Positions 10,374-20,912 of a DNA stretch of 64,000 nt are shown piece by piece. The stretch's first letter is position 1. The number at the start of each line of letters is the position of its first letter. Both the position numbers and the translations under genes were made by a program. The DNA comes from an uncultured Phycisphaerales bacterium (GTDB taxonomy: Bacteria > Planctomycetota > Phycisphaerae > Tepidisphaerales > Tepidisphaeraceae): positions 3,168,001-3,232,000 of the forward strand of contig CAVWLP010000002.1 in assembly GCA_963755915.1 (NCBI GenBank), read 5' to 3'. The notes under the pieces are model-generated. The model saw only the letters and a list, made by a program, of their open reading frames with translations. It did not search any database and was not told the DNA's origin.

Positions 10374-12740
10374 ATGAACGATAAGGAACAACTCGACCTC
10401 GCCCTGACCCATCATCGTGCTGGCCAATTGCGCGAGGCGGAGACTATCTATCGGCAGATTCTTCGCGGCGCCCTGACGATGCCGATACACTACACCTTTT
10501 AGGCGTGCTCGCCGCGCAAGCGGGACGGCCCGACGCAGCCGTGGATCTGATCCGTCGGGCCATCGGAGTTCGCGGCGCGAATCCGATCTTTTACCTCAAT
10601 CTCGCCAACGCCCAGGCCGATATGGGGCGTCCGGGCGACGCCATTGAATCCTACGGCCGCGCCATCCAGCTGAAGCCCGATTACATCGACGCGCACATAA
10701 ATCTCGGCATTGCGTTTCAGGCCATACGGGATTTCCAGAAGGCGATTGCTTCGTATCGAAATGCAATTCAATTGAATCCGAACCTTCCCGTCGCGTATGG
10801 AAATCTCGGTAACGCTTTGCGGAGCGCCGGGAAATTCGATGAAGCGATCGCCGCCTGCCGCCGGGCGATTCAGCTCGCTCCCGATTATGCTGAAGCATAT
10901 GCGAATCTTGCAAATGCACTTAGAGATGTCGGGCAGATCGATGAAGCGATTGCGGGATTCCGAGAAGCCTTGCGTATCAAACCCTCGCTCGCCGCGGCTC
11001 AAAATAATTTGGGCAACATATTGAGCGAGCTGGGAAGACTTGAAGAAGCCGTCACATGCTATCGCGAAGCGATTCGATACCAGCCCAACTTTTCCGATGC
11101 CCAAAACAATCTCGGTAACGCGCTTCAGGCTCTGGGCCAGCTCGATGCCGCCGCGGCGGCGTATCGACGGTCGATTGATCTCGACCCGAAATTTGCCGAA
11201 GCGCATGCGAATCTCGGCAATGTTCTTTGCGAGCTGCGAAATACGGACGAAGCCATCGCTTCCTATGAGCGGGCGATTCACCTCAAGCCCGACTACGCCG
11301 AGGCGCATAGTAATCTTGGCCTCTCCCTGGCGGAAAAAGGAAGACTCGATGAATCAGTCGCATCGCTGCGGCGCGCCATTGAGATCAACCCGAATTTCCC
11401 GCAGGCGTTCAACAACCTTGGCAATTCGCTGAAGGATATGGGCCGTCTTGAAGAGGCGATCGCCTCTTATCGAAAGGCGATCCAATTAAAGCCCGACCAC
11501 GCCTCGGCTCACAGCAACCTGGTTTATGCGATTCATTTCGATCCATCCTTCGACGCTGGCACGATTTATCAGGAGCATCGGCGTTGGAATGATCTGCATG
11601 CCAGGCCCCTCAGGAAATTCATCCTGCCGCACAAAAATGATCGCGACTCCGATCGCCTGCTTCGAATCGGCTACGTGTCGCCGGATTTCCGCAGCCACGC
11701 GGTTGGGAGATTCGTCTATCCGCTGATCGCGGCGCACGACCCAAAGAATTTCGAGATTTACTGCTACTCCGACGTTCGCCAACCCGACAAATTTACCGAA
11801 ACATTTCGCCAAAGTACGAATCAATGGCGGAACATCGTCGGCTTTTCCGATCAGGCCGTTGCAGACCTGGTGCGCGCTGATCGGATCGACGTGCTCATAG
11901 ATCTGACCATGCACATGGCGCGGAATCGCATGTTGATGTTCGCGCAAGCCCGCGCCGGTTCAGGTGACCTATCTGGCGTACTGCTCGACCACGGGCGTGG
12001 AAACGATCGATTACAGGCTGACCGACCCATATATCGATCCACCGGGCACTACCGAACATGTTTACTCCGAGAGATCAATTTGGTTGCCGGAAACCTATTG
12101 GTGTTACTCCCCGCAAAGCCCCAGTCCGGATACAACGCCGCCTCCATCGCTCAGCAGTGGCCGCGTGACCTTCGGTTGCCTCAACAATTTCTGCAAAGTT
12201 TCGCCGTCGGCCCTGGAGGTGTGGGCTGAGATACTTCAGAACAATTCAAATTCGCGGCTCATTCTTCACGCTCACGAAGGCAGCCACCGCCAGCGTGTCC
12301 GCGACCTGCTCCAGGGCCGGGGGATCGATCCGCAGCGGTTGAAATTCACCGGGTGGATTCCCTTTTACGACTATCTCCGGCAGCACGAAAAAATCGACAT
12401 TGCCCTGGATCCCTTTCCCTGCAACGGCGGAACCACAACATGCGATGCGCTGTGGATGGGAGTCCCCGTGATATCTCTGATCGGGCAGACCGCAGTCGGG
12501 CGCGGCGGAGTAAGCGTGCTTCACAACATTGGATTGCCCGAGCTGATCGCGGAGTCGACACAGCAGTATGTGCGGATTGCAAATGATCTGGCGTGCGATC
12601 CGGCTCGACTAAGCGAGCTTCGCCAGGGCATGCGTGAGCGAATGCGTGCTTCGCCGCTGATGGATTCCGCTCGCTTTGCGCGTAGTGTCGAAGCCGCGTA
12701 CCGCCAGATGTGGCGAACATGGTGTGCGAACCCCGGTTGA
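10374..12740 (+). CDS. TPR + O-GlcNAc transferase (GT41) with a longer TPR array; frameshifts at ~10475 and ~11945, probably sequencing errors
   Basis: ATG 10374 (MNDKEQLDLAL); ORFs 10505-12229 and 11964-12740 join into a paralogue of the upstream gene. Confidence 0.85.
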
Positions 12741-12759
12741 ATCGAAAATAGGGTTACGA

Positions 12760-12805
12760 TTGTCTATTGGACCGTTTTCACGGATAATATATTGTTGTCG
12801 ACAAT
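12760..12805 (+). promoter_or_regulatory. sigma70-like promoter (TTGTCT-17-GATAAT) with TTGTCGACAA operator near the TSS
   Basis: Perfect 10-bp palindrome at 12795-12804 in an AT-rich intergenic gap. Confidence 0.65.
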
Positions 12806-12839
12806 CTAATATTTGCTCTAATCGAGGTTGCGAGGAGAA

Positions 12840-13829
12840 ATGAAATCCCCAAAAGCCCAATGTCGCATTGCACTCCAGGTGCCGCTTCCGCCCGCGCAGT
12901 TACAGCGGCTACGCGGGTTATCGCCCAAAATAGAAATTCTTGAGGATGCCGATAAGTTTTTCAAGGCCGACATCGTTTATACCGGCGGTGAGGGTTTCGA
13001 TCCGTCTGAGGTGCCCGATTTGCGCTGGGTGCAAGTCAATCTTGTGGGCATCGAAAGCCTCATGGGCGGACCCCTCGCGAAGAGCGGCATTTCGGTGGCC
13101 AACGTCCGCGGCGCCTATGCGACGAGCGTGGCCGAGTTCGCAATCGCGCTCCTCCTCTCCTTAGGCCGCCAATTGCCATTGTGCCTTCAGTTCCAATTCG
13201 CCTCGAGGTGGGACGATTCGATGTGCGGCACTTCCTTTTACGGAAAGACCCTGGCGGTCGTCGGCTACGGCAGCATCGGCCGGCAGATTGCGCGAATCGC
13301 CCATGCGATGGGAATGCGGATCCTGGCCTGCAAGCGCGATCCCGAAATTCGCCGCGAGAACTCATCTTTCCTATTTCCAGGCACGGGCGACCCGGAGGGC
13401 GTCCTTCCAATCAAGTGGTTCGGCACGAATCAAATCCGCGAAATGTTCGAGGAAACCGATCATGTGGCGGTCACCTTGCCACTGACTTCGCAAACCCGAG
13501 GGCTGATCGGCACCCGTGAGCTCAGGGCGCTACCATCGCACGCCCTGTTCGTGAATGTTGGACGTGGCTCGATTGTGGACGAAGAGGCAATTGCCGATGC
13601 GCTCACCGCCGGGAGAATTGCCGGCGCGGCACTCGACGTCTTTTCACAAGAGCCGTTGGCTGCCGACAGTCCCCTTTGGCGCGCACCCAATTCGTTGATC
13701 ACGCCGCATATCGGTTCCTACACAACCGAGCAGGCTGCACATGCGGGGGAAGTTCTGATCGAAAACGTGCGCCGCGATCTGGCGGAAGAGCCACTGCTGA
13801 ACATTGTAAACTTTGCCACGGGATACTGA
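12840..13829 (+). CDS. D-2-hydroxyacid dehydrogenase
   Basis: AGGAG RBS; VVGYGSIG, FVNVGRGSIVDE, AALDVF.EPL, ITPHIG. Confidence 0.92.
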   Translation: MKSPKAQCRIALQVPLPPAQLQRLRGLSPKIEILEDADKFFKADIVYTGGEGFDPSEVPDLRWVQVNLVGIESLMGGPLAKSGISVANVRGAYATSVAEFAIALLLSLGRQLPLCLQFQFASRWDDSMCGTSFYGKTLAVVGYGSIGRQIARIAHAMGMRILACKRDPEIRRENSSFLFPGTGDPEGVLPIKWFGTNQIREMFEETDHVAVTLPLTSQTRGLIGTRELRALPSHALFVNVGRGSIVDEEAIADALTAGRIAGAALDVFSQEPLAADSPLWRAPNSLITPHIGSYTTEQAAHAGEVLIENVRRDLAEEPLLNIVNFATGY

Positions 13830-15079
13830 TGAAAATCACCGACATGCGAGTGATGCGATTGAGCGGGCCGCTCGAGCATGGGCAGGGGGGCGAGGAGGGC
13901 GTCTTCTCCAAGTTTATCGTACGAATCGACGCCGAGAACGGGGAATATGGTCTGGGCGAGGCCGAGGACTTCTTCGGCGTTCGCGAAGGCCTGGAATATA
14001 TCCGCGCCCTGATCGTCGGACGCAGCGTCTTCGACATCAGGCCGCTCGTTTCGGAAGTGATGTATGGCACGGTTCCGCCGCACGATCAGCACCTTGCGCC
14101 GATGTACGATCCGAATCGATTTGCCGGCGCGTGTTTTCCCGTGCGCGTCTGTTCTCCGACCGCAACGACCGTCGGGCCCATCTGCTGGGCCGCAAGCGGC
14201 GTGGAGATCGCTTTATGCGACCTGGTTGGAAAGATCGCCAGGATGCCGGTCTATGCACTGCTCGGCGGCAAGTTCCGCGATCACGCGAAAGTGTACCTCG
14301 ATCGAAGCGCACCGGATGGCGCCGAGGCGCGCGAACTTGCAGGCTGGCAGCGGATGGCGCGGACAGTTGCAGAGTCGGAATTCAAGATGATGAAGTTCGA
14401 CGTCGAATGTCTCTGCGCCGATGCGACCACCGACTTCTGGAACCGGGCGCTCTCAATGCAACAACTCAGGCTGATCGTCGATCGCCTCACAGCGGTGAGA
14501 GAAGCCGCGGGCTGGGAGGTCGATGTCTGCATCGATTGCCATATGCACTACAACGCGCCCGACGCCATTCGGCTCGCAAACGAACTTGCGCCGCTGAAAC
14601 TGACCTGGATGGAAGACCCGACGCCCATCGTCAATCCCGACGCCGCCGTGGAAATTCGCGCCAAAAGTCCTATTCCTATTTGCCTCGGTGAAATGTTTAC
14701 CTCCGAGCAATTTCGGATGTTCATCGATCGAAAGGCCGTGGATATTCTGCATCCTGACGTGCTATTCACCGGCGGACTTTTTGAAACTCATCGCATCGGC
14801 CAATATGGAGAGCTCCACTACCTTCCCATGGCGATGCACGGCAACGGCGGGAGCCTCGCGACGATTGCCGCGGCCCACGTCGCGGCGGCCACGCGCAACT
14901 TCCTTGTCCTTGAATACCATTTCATCGAAAGCGAGTGGATTTCCCACTATGTGCAACGCGAAGGCGCGCTGCTCTTTCGTCGCGGCGCGGTTCCCCTCAC
15001 CGACGCCCCGGGGTTGGGCGTTACGCTCGACGAGCCAACCTGCCGTAAATATCTCGCGCCGGGCGAAAAGTTCTTTTAA
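13829..15079 (+). CDS. Mandelate racemase/muconate-lactonizing (enolase superfamily) enzyme, likely an acid-sugar dehydratase
   Basis: SGVEIALCDLVGK...PVYALLGGKFRD, KxD, WMEDP, GE, PGLGV; TGATG overlap with upstream gene. Confidence 0.9.
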   Translation: MKITDMRVMRLSGPLEHGQGGEEGVFSKFIVRIDAENGEYGLGEAEDFFGVREGLEYIRALIVGRSVFDIRPLVSEVMYGTVPPHDQHLAPMYDPNRFAGACFPVRVCSPTATTVGPICWAASGVEIALCDLVGKIARMPVYALLGGKFRDHAKVYLDRSAPDGAEARELAGWQRMARTVAESEFKMMKFDVECLCADATTDFWNRALSMQQLRLIVDRLTAVREAAGWEVDVCIDCHMHYNAPDAIRLANELAPLKLTWMEDPTPIVNPDAAVEIRAKSPIPICLGEMFTSEQFRMFIDRKAVDILHPDVLFTGGLFETHRIGQYGELHYLPMAMHGNGGSLATIAAAHVAAATRNFLVLEYHFIESEWISHYVQREGALLFRRGAVPLTDAPGLGVTLDEPTCRKYLAPGEKFF

Positions 15080-15100
15080 TCCCTCGCGATGCAGATCCCG

Positions 15101-16615
15101 TTAATCAAATTGAAACGCATAGAGTTTCGCGGTCTCGATATGGAACACGAGCCGAATGGGCTTGCCCGCAAGCTCGCGAATGCTTTTTCCGTTTTTCCAT
15201 TCAACTACGCCTCGAATCGCATCTTTCGAAAATGCGGCGCACTCCTCTTTCGTAAAACCGGCGATTGGCTTTCCCTGCTCATCCAGAATCTCTACAAGGA
15301 TCGATCCTTTCTCCGAATCCGCGTTAATCTCCAGCCGTTCCCCTGCAAATGTCAGCAGCTTTGTCGTCATCTTTCCGGCCGGATAATTCGCACAGAGCGA
15401 CGCAAACCCATCTCGCCTCAACGTGGCCAAACCGATCGAATATCTGGTCCCGGTCGATACCTTCGATTGAGGCCTCGCCCGCTTGGCGTTTGCGTGCTGT
15501 TCCCAGCTCAGGTCATACGATTCATCCGACCCGGTATAGTAAAACCAGATCTCGTCGCCCACTTCAATGACGGTTGACGATGTGAAGACCATCCCCGCAT
15601 CGAAATCGCCCTCATTTCCGCAGGGAATGAAATCGCGGCGTTCGCTTGTGCGATGCCAATAGCCGTAGGGATTGGCGTCTCTCGAATAGACGAGCTGCGC
15701 GTTCATGATTCCGTCGTTGCCGTTTCCATGGCCGGTTCGCGTTGCCGAAATATCAAACAGCCAGATGATCCCCAGGCGAAGGCCCTCGTAGCGGAATCCG
15801 GTCATGCCGTAAATATCCGAAAGATAGCAGGCGGGCTCGTCATATTTCAGAAGATCCCTGAAGCGGTAGAGCCGCTCGGCAACGCGGGCATCATCGGTTT
15901 CGTCGGCCGATAAAATTGTTTGCGAGATTCCCCAATTGACGAAATCCCGGCTGGTATGGATGGCCACCGAGCGCCGGAATTTTCCGCCGATGGTGCTCCC
16001 ATATTTTGCGAACGCAATATACTCCTTTGTCACCGGATCATAGCAGCAGGTACACATGTCGCTTCCCTGGATCACCGGATTGCGATCGTTTGGGCTCCAG
16101 TGAATCCCATCCGGCGAGAAAAATACCGAATACCCATGCCTGAAATTCGATCGAACATCGTTTTTGAAGTCCGCCAGGTCTTTGAAGGTGTAAACGATCA
16201 TTCGATACCGTCGCTGCGGGTCCGGTTCATCTGCCGCATGCAAAACAGTTGGCAAGCGAAGCGCGCCCTTGAGCACCGCGTTGGACATCGGCCGGCCGTT
16301 GTGATGCACAGCGTTGAGCGTTGGCCGTTCCCACTTCACTCCATCTTTTGAGATCGCCATGCAAACGCTGTCGATGTCTGCCTTCGAAATCGCGTTGTAG
16401 TACATCCGGAATTCTTGCTGTTGCGGGTCATACAAGACATTGCCGTATAGCTGAATGTAATAATCTTCCCACCAGTCGCGTTGAATCAGCAGCGGATTGG
16501 AGGGATGTTTTTTGGCCTGGTGAAAAGTCCGGCGGACGCCGGCCAATTCCTCAATCGCGTGGTCGTCGATGAACAACTGTTTTTCGTGCCCAATCGCAAG
16601 CATGGTTGATGTCAT
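15101..16615 (-). CDS. Five-bladed beta-propeller glycosidase-like protein, paralogue 2
   Basis: 504 aa, collinear with 7134-8648 with long identical blocks. Confidence 0.75.
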   Translation of the reverse strand: MTSTMLAIGHEKQLFIDDHAIEELAGVRRTFHQAKKHPSNPLLIQRDWWEDYYIQLYGNVLYDPQQQEFRMYYNAISKADIDSVCMAISKDGVKWERPTLNAVHHNGRPMSNAVLKGALRLPTVLHAADEPDPQRRYRMIVYTFKDLADFKNDVRSNFRHGYSVFFSPDGIHWSPNDRNPVIQGSDMCTCCYDPVTKEYIAFAKYGSTIGGKFRRSVAIHTSRDFVNWGISQTILSADETDDARVAERLYRFRDLLKYDEPACYLSDIYGMTGFRYEGLRLGIIWLFDISATRTGHGNGNDGIMNAQLVYSRDANPYGYWHRTSERRDFIPCGNEGDFDAGMVFTSSTVIEVGDEIWFYYTGSDESYDLSWEQHANAKRARPQSKVSTGTRYSIGLATLRRDGFASLCANYPAGKMTTKLLTFAGERLEINADSEKGSILVEILDEQGKPIAGFTKEECAAFSKDAIRGVVEWKNGKSIRELAGKPIRLVFHIETAKLYAFQFD

Positions 16616-16633
16616 TTATTCTGCCCTCGTGCT

Positions 16634-16672
16634 ATTGTCGACAATGATATATTTTATAATATTGGATCGCAA
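16634..16672 (-). promoter_or_regulatory. sigma70-like promoter (TTGCGA-17-TATCAT) with TTGTCGACAA operator
   Basis: -35 at 16672-16667, -10 at 16649-16644, palindrome at 16635-16644. Confidence 0.65.
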
Positions 16673-16714
16673 GGCGAACGGACATCGTTGCATAAGTGCA
16701 CTTATATAAGAGTC

Positions 16715-17644
16715 TTAAAGCAGTTTGGTTGATTGCATCCAATCCACGGCACGCTCCATGGTCTGTTGCGGAGTAAATCGAGGCTCATACCCGATCGCAT
16801 CGCGAATTGGCGAAATGTCCGGGCACATATGCGCTTCGAAATGGTAGCGGCTCATGGCATCGGGCACGATGGTTTTACAAAACTGGGACCACGAAACTCG
16901 CTCGATGGGAATGTTTATGCCGTAAATCTCCGCGTATGTTGCGACGAACTCACTGGCGGTGAGCGCGTACGCGGATCCCACATTGAAGACCCGGCCCGCG
17001 GCGCGATCTGGTTTTGATATCGCCAGGAAAAATGCTTTCGCCACATCGTATGCATCGCATGGGCCAATCAACACGTCCGCTCCTTCGGGCAACTTCACGG
17101 TAGCGCCGTGCGCCAATCCCCGATGCACGTCGATGCTTCGGCCGCCGCGCGTCTCCAGCGGAATCTTTCCGGGCCCGCAAATATTCGGGGGAAGAATTGC
17201 CGTGAATCGCGGCCCACCCCCGGCACAAAGCGATACGATCTCCTGAATAACCCGCCACCTCTGCCGATAGGAGTCCCCCCAGAATTCGATCTGCGCTTCC
17301 GCCGGACAAGACACCCGTCGTGGCATACCTACCATCCACAGGGACCCACAAGCAATCAAATGACCGCATCGCTCGCGCACCGTGTGGTATGTGCCCATCA
17401 AGTCAATCCCCAATAAATCGACGACGGCATCCCCTTCGCCGACCGTTTCGCGAAGAAGCCGTGGCCAGCCGGGGTCATTGGGCTCGTAATCGCCTTGAAC
17501 GAGTCGAAATAAATCTGCTCGGTCTCCCTGAGTCACTGCAATTCGACCGCGCGAAATCGCGATTACCTCGATCCCCGCCTCTGCGAGCATTGGAATTAGC
17601 TGGCTTCCAATATGCCCCGTCCCGCCAATGACTACGACCCGCAT
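16715..17644 (-). CDS. NAD-dependent epimerase/dehydratase family protein
   Basis: MRVVVIGGTGHIG start; GRVFNVGS. Confidence 0.85.
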   Translation of the reverse strand: MRVVVIGGTGHIGSQLIPMLAEAGIEVIAISRGRIAVTQGDRADLFRLVQGDYEPNDPGWPRLLRETVGEGDAVVDLLGIDLMGTYHTVRERCGHLIACGSLWMVGMPRRVSCPAEAQIEFWGDSYRQRWRVIQEIVSLCAGGGPRFTAILPPNICGPGKIPLETRGGRSIDVHRGLAHGATVKLPEGADVLIGPCDAYDVAKAFFLAISKPDRAAGRVFNVGSAYALTASEFVATYAEIYGINIPIERVSWSQFCKTIVPDAMSRYHFEAHMCPDISPIRDAIGYEPRFTPQQTMERAVDWMQSTKLL

Positions 17645-17663
17645 AACCAAACTCCGGTCGGTG

Positions 17664-18650
17664 CTATTCCTTCGTGTCGGCTTGGGCGCCGCTTTCTCCT
17701 GCTCGTTCCAGCGAGGCTGCCATATCCCCGGCGCTTCTGGCGTGCCAGGCATTTTCGCCCAGCAGCTTATGCCAGCGTGCGGATTGCTCGGCGGTATAGG
17801 TGTAAAACCCCCGGCCGTTGGAAATTCCATTGTCTCCGCTGTTTATCAGCTTCTGGATAATTTCGGGCACCTCCGTGTTGTTGCTGAGCTTGGGAAAAAG
17901 TCGCTTCATCACTGCCGCGTAGCTGGAAATACCCGTCAGATCCATCCAGCGAAAGGGCCCGCTGATCGGTGCCCAAAGCCCAATCGCCGTACGAAACGCG
18001 CGGTCAATCGTCTCAACATCGGCAACGCCCATCTCGAGGAGATTGAAGGCCTCGCGATACATCGCGTATCCCAGTCGGTTGACGATGAAGCCTTCGACGT
18101 CCTTTTTCACGAGCGAAGGTTCCTTGCCCACGCGCCTGGCCAGTTGCATCGTGGCTTCTTCCGTTGCATCGCTCGTTTTGTCGCCGCGAATCACCTCCAG
18201 AAATCGACTCACATGGCTCGGTTCCGCCCAGTGCATCCCGATAAAGCGCTGCGGATAGCGCCTGCCGTTCTGGAGCATCGTGATCGGCAGCGCCGATGTA
18301 TTGCTCGCGATCGGCACGGTCGAACCAACAATGGATTCCAGTTCATCAAAGGCAGCCCGTTTTGTTTCGAGGCTTTCAGTCAGGCTTTCAATCACAAAAT
18401 CGCAATCGCGCAACGATTGGATCGTATCGGGATCGTCATACAGCGATCGCCAGCCCGTCGCTGATGAAGCTGATATGCACCCGTGCTGAATGAGGTCTTC
18501 GATTGCCGCTTGGATGGCCAACCGGGCGCTCTGCCGCGCCTGCGGGCTGCGATCGTACGCTTTGACCCGAAACCCATTGCCGAGGAGACACGCGGTGATT
18601 CCACGGCCCAGAAATCCCAGCCCTACAACGCCGATCACGCGTGGTTCCAT
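17664..18650 (-). CDS. 3-hydroxyacyl-CoA dehydrogenase family protein
   Basis: GVVGLGFLG, DFVIES, ASNTSAL, GMHW, GFIVNRL. Confidence 0.9.
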   Translation of the reverse strand: MEPRVIGVVGLGFLGRGITACLLGNGFRVKAYDRSPQARQSARLAIQAAIEDLIQHGCISASSATGWRSLYDDPDTIQSLRDCDFVIESLTESLETKRAAFDELESIVGSTVPIASNTSALPITMLQNGRRYPQRFIGMHWAEPSHVSRFLEVIRGDKTSDATEEATMQLARRVGKEPSLVKKDVEGFIVNRLGYAMYREAFNLLEMGVADVETIDRAFRTAIGLWAPISGPFRWMDLTGISSYAAVMKRLFPKLSNNTEVPEIIQKLINSGDNGISNGRGFYTYTAEQSARWHKLLGENAWHARSAGDMAASLERAGESGAQADTKE

Positions 18651-18664
18651 GCGAATGCTCCTCC

Positions 18665-19399
18665 CTACACGAGCGCACCTGACGCCTCATCAACGTACAC
18701 CGTGCAATCGGCATGACCCTGGAGAATGCTGGAGGGAACGGCCGGCGTCACCGGTCCCCGAAGCGAAGCCTTCACCGCGTTCGCCTTTCGCGCATCCGGC
18801 ACCGAGGCGATAATGGCCTTGCTTTTCATGATCTGAAGGCACGACATGCTGATCGCCTGCTTCGGCACATCGCCGAGCGAGCCAAACCATCCCTCGCCCA
18901 ACTGCTGCTTGCGGCATGCCTCGTCCAAATTCGCCACCAGATACGGCCGCTCGGTTTTGAAATCGGCAGGGGGGTCGTTAAACGCAAGGTGAGCGTTTTC
19001 CCCAATTCCCACCAGCGCCAGGTCAATTGGGTGATCTTTGATGATCCTCCCAAGCCGATCGCATTCGGCGCTGGCATCCGTCTCGCCGTTCACATAATAA
19101 AACGCTGCCAGCGGCAGCGGCAGCTTGCTCGCGAATCGCTCCCAGAGATATCTGCGAAAACTAGCCTTGTGGGTGATCGGCATACCGACATATTCATCCA
19201 GGTGAAAACACGTCACTGTCTGCCAGGCAATGTCCGGCTGTTTGACGAGATTCTCCAGCATCTCAAACTGCGAGGCGCCGGTCGCAACAATTACGTTCGC
19301 TCGTCCCTTTTCCTCGATCGAAACCCGGATCATTTTCGCCGCGTGCGCCGCCGCCTTCTTCCCCAGTTCCTGCTTCGTTGTGCTCTTTACGATTTTCAT
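18665..19399 (-). CDS. nagB: Glucosamine-6-phosphate deaminase family protein
   Basis: ATGASQ, FHLDEYVG, GIGENAHLAFNDP, AISMS. Confidence 0.82.
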   Translation of the reverse strand: MKIVKSTTKQELGKKAAAHAAKMIRVSIEEKGRANVIVATGASQFEMLENLVKQPDIAWQTVTCFHLDEYVGMPITHKASFRRYLWERFASKLPLPLAAFYYVNGETDASAECDRLGRIIKDHPIDLALVGIGENAHLAFNDPPADFKTERPYLVANLDEACRKQQLGEGWFGSLGDVPKQAISMSCLQIMKSKAIIASVPDARKANAVKASLRGPVTPAVPSSILQGHADCTVYVDEASGALV

Positions 19400-19424
19400 G
19401 CAATTGTCCCTATCGAAACTTAAA

Positions 19425-20733
19425 CTAAACTTGGCGAAATACCGGCTGAATCGGTGGCCCGACCAGCCGCTTTTCGACGTCGTCCTTCGCCACGGCATCG
19501 GCAAGGATCGACAACGCCTCGCGATAGGCTCCCAGTGTTTTGTCAGTGGTTGCGTCATCGTGCCCGAAATTCATCATGTGAGCGCCATGGGTGAGAATAC
19601 CCCGTCGCATCACTTCCTGCTGGAAAAGCGATCGCAGCACCATGCAAGGTCGCCCTGATTTGTCCTTGAATGAGAAGATCGTCCACTGCGGATATCCGAT
19701 CAACGCAACGCGACTTTCCAGCCCCAGTGACTGAATGATCCCGTCGCACCCATTCTTGAGCTTCTGCCCCACGCGCTCGAGATGCGTGATGACATTATTT
19801 CGGCGCATCTCGTTGATCGTAGCCCTGCAGGCCGCAAGGCTTCCTGCATCCCCACCGAACGTAAATGAGAAGAACACGGTCTCAAAAAGGCGCATTACAT
19901 CCGCCCGCCCCACAATTGCCGCCAGCGGAAATCCGTTAGCCATCGCCTTTCCAAAACATGCCAGATCTGGCGTAACTCCAAACAAGCTCTGGGCGCCCCC
20001 GAGATGTAGCCGAAATCCGGTGACGATTTCATCGAACACCAGCAGCGCGCCGTTTTCCCGGCAAAGCTGCTTGACCGCGTTCAAATAATCCTTCGCCGGC
20101 GCAACGAACGACACGGGCTCCATGATCACGCACGCGACTTTTCCGGCATACTTCTCAAATAACTTCTGCAAAGCATCGAGATCGTTATATGGAAACGGAA
20201 TGGTCAACTGGCGCACAGCCTCCGGCACGCCCAGGCTGCGCGACGTTGTTCCGATGTACCAGTCTTGCCATCCGTGGTAGCCACAGCAAAAAACGAGGTC
20301 TCGTCCCGTGAACGCGCGCCAGCCGAACCGCTCCCGACGTGGCATCTGAACCATTTTTTCCAAATCGAACCATCTCCGCGCACGGAATCAGCTCCCGCAA
20401 AAGTTCGGCGACTTCGACTTCAATCGTATGCGGGAGGCTGAAGCTCACACCCTTGCGCATCTGCTCATAAACCGCTTCGTTCACCGCTCCGTTGGCGTAG
20501 CCCAGAATGTTCGGCCCGAGACCGCTGATGTAGTCGATATAGCGATTACCGTCGACATCCCAGACACACGCCCCATCGCCATGGCTCAGAAAATTCGGAG
20601 CGATTCCCTGCACAAACATCGCTGGCGCCTTGCTGAACGTCTGAGCGCAACCCGGAATGACCGTTCGCGCTCGCGCCAGCCATCGGGATGATTCGGTAAG
20701 TTTGGGCTTGGCATCTTGAGTAGGAGTTTGCAT
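19425..20733 (-). CDS. Class III aminotransferase (glutamate-1-semialdehyde aminomutase-like); frameshift at ~20320
   Basis: WDVDGNRYID, RFGKNGSDAT, GYHGWQDW, FDEIVTGFR, FGKAMANG across two overlapping ORFs. Confidence 0.85.
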
Positions 20734-20758
20734 CGGGGACCTTTTCGGCGCGGTCAGT

Positions 20759-20846
20759 GATTATACATAATAATCCGCATGTTAAGGATTTTCGTCGGTC
20801 ATTTCAATCAAATTACGCGATATTGAATATTATTATATATAATAAT
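20759..20846. promoter_or_regulatory. Divergent promoter region with candidate GntR operators
   Basis: Perfect 18-bp palindrome ATTATTATATATAATAAT at 20829-20846; near-copy ATTATACATAATAAT at 20760-20774. Confidence 0.6.
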
Positions 20847-20912
20847 GTTGCCTTCTATAAGTAATGAGGTACGATTTTCGACCACGCGGAACGATCGAAA
20901 GCCGCAGACGCC

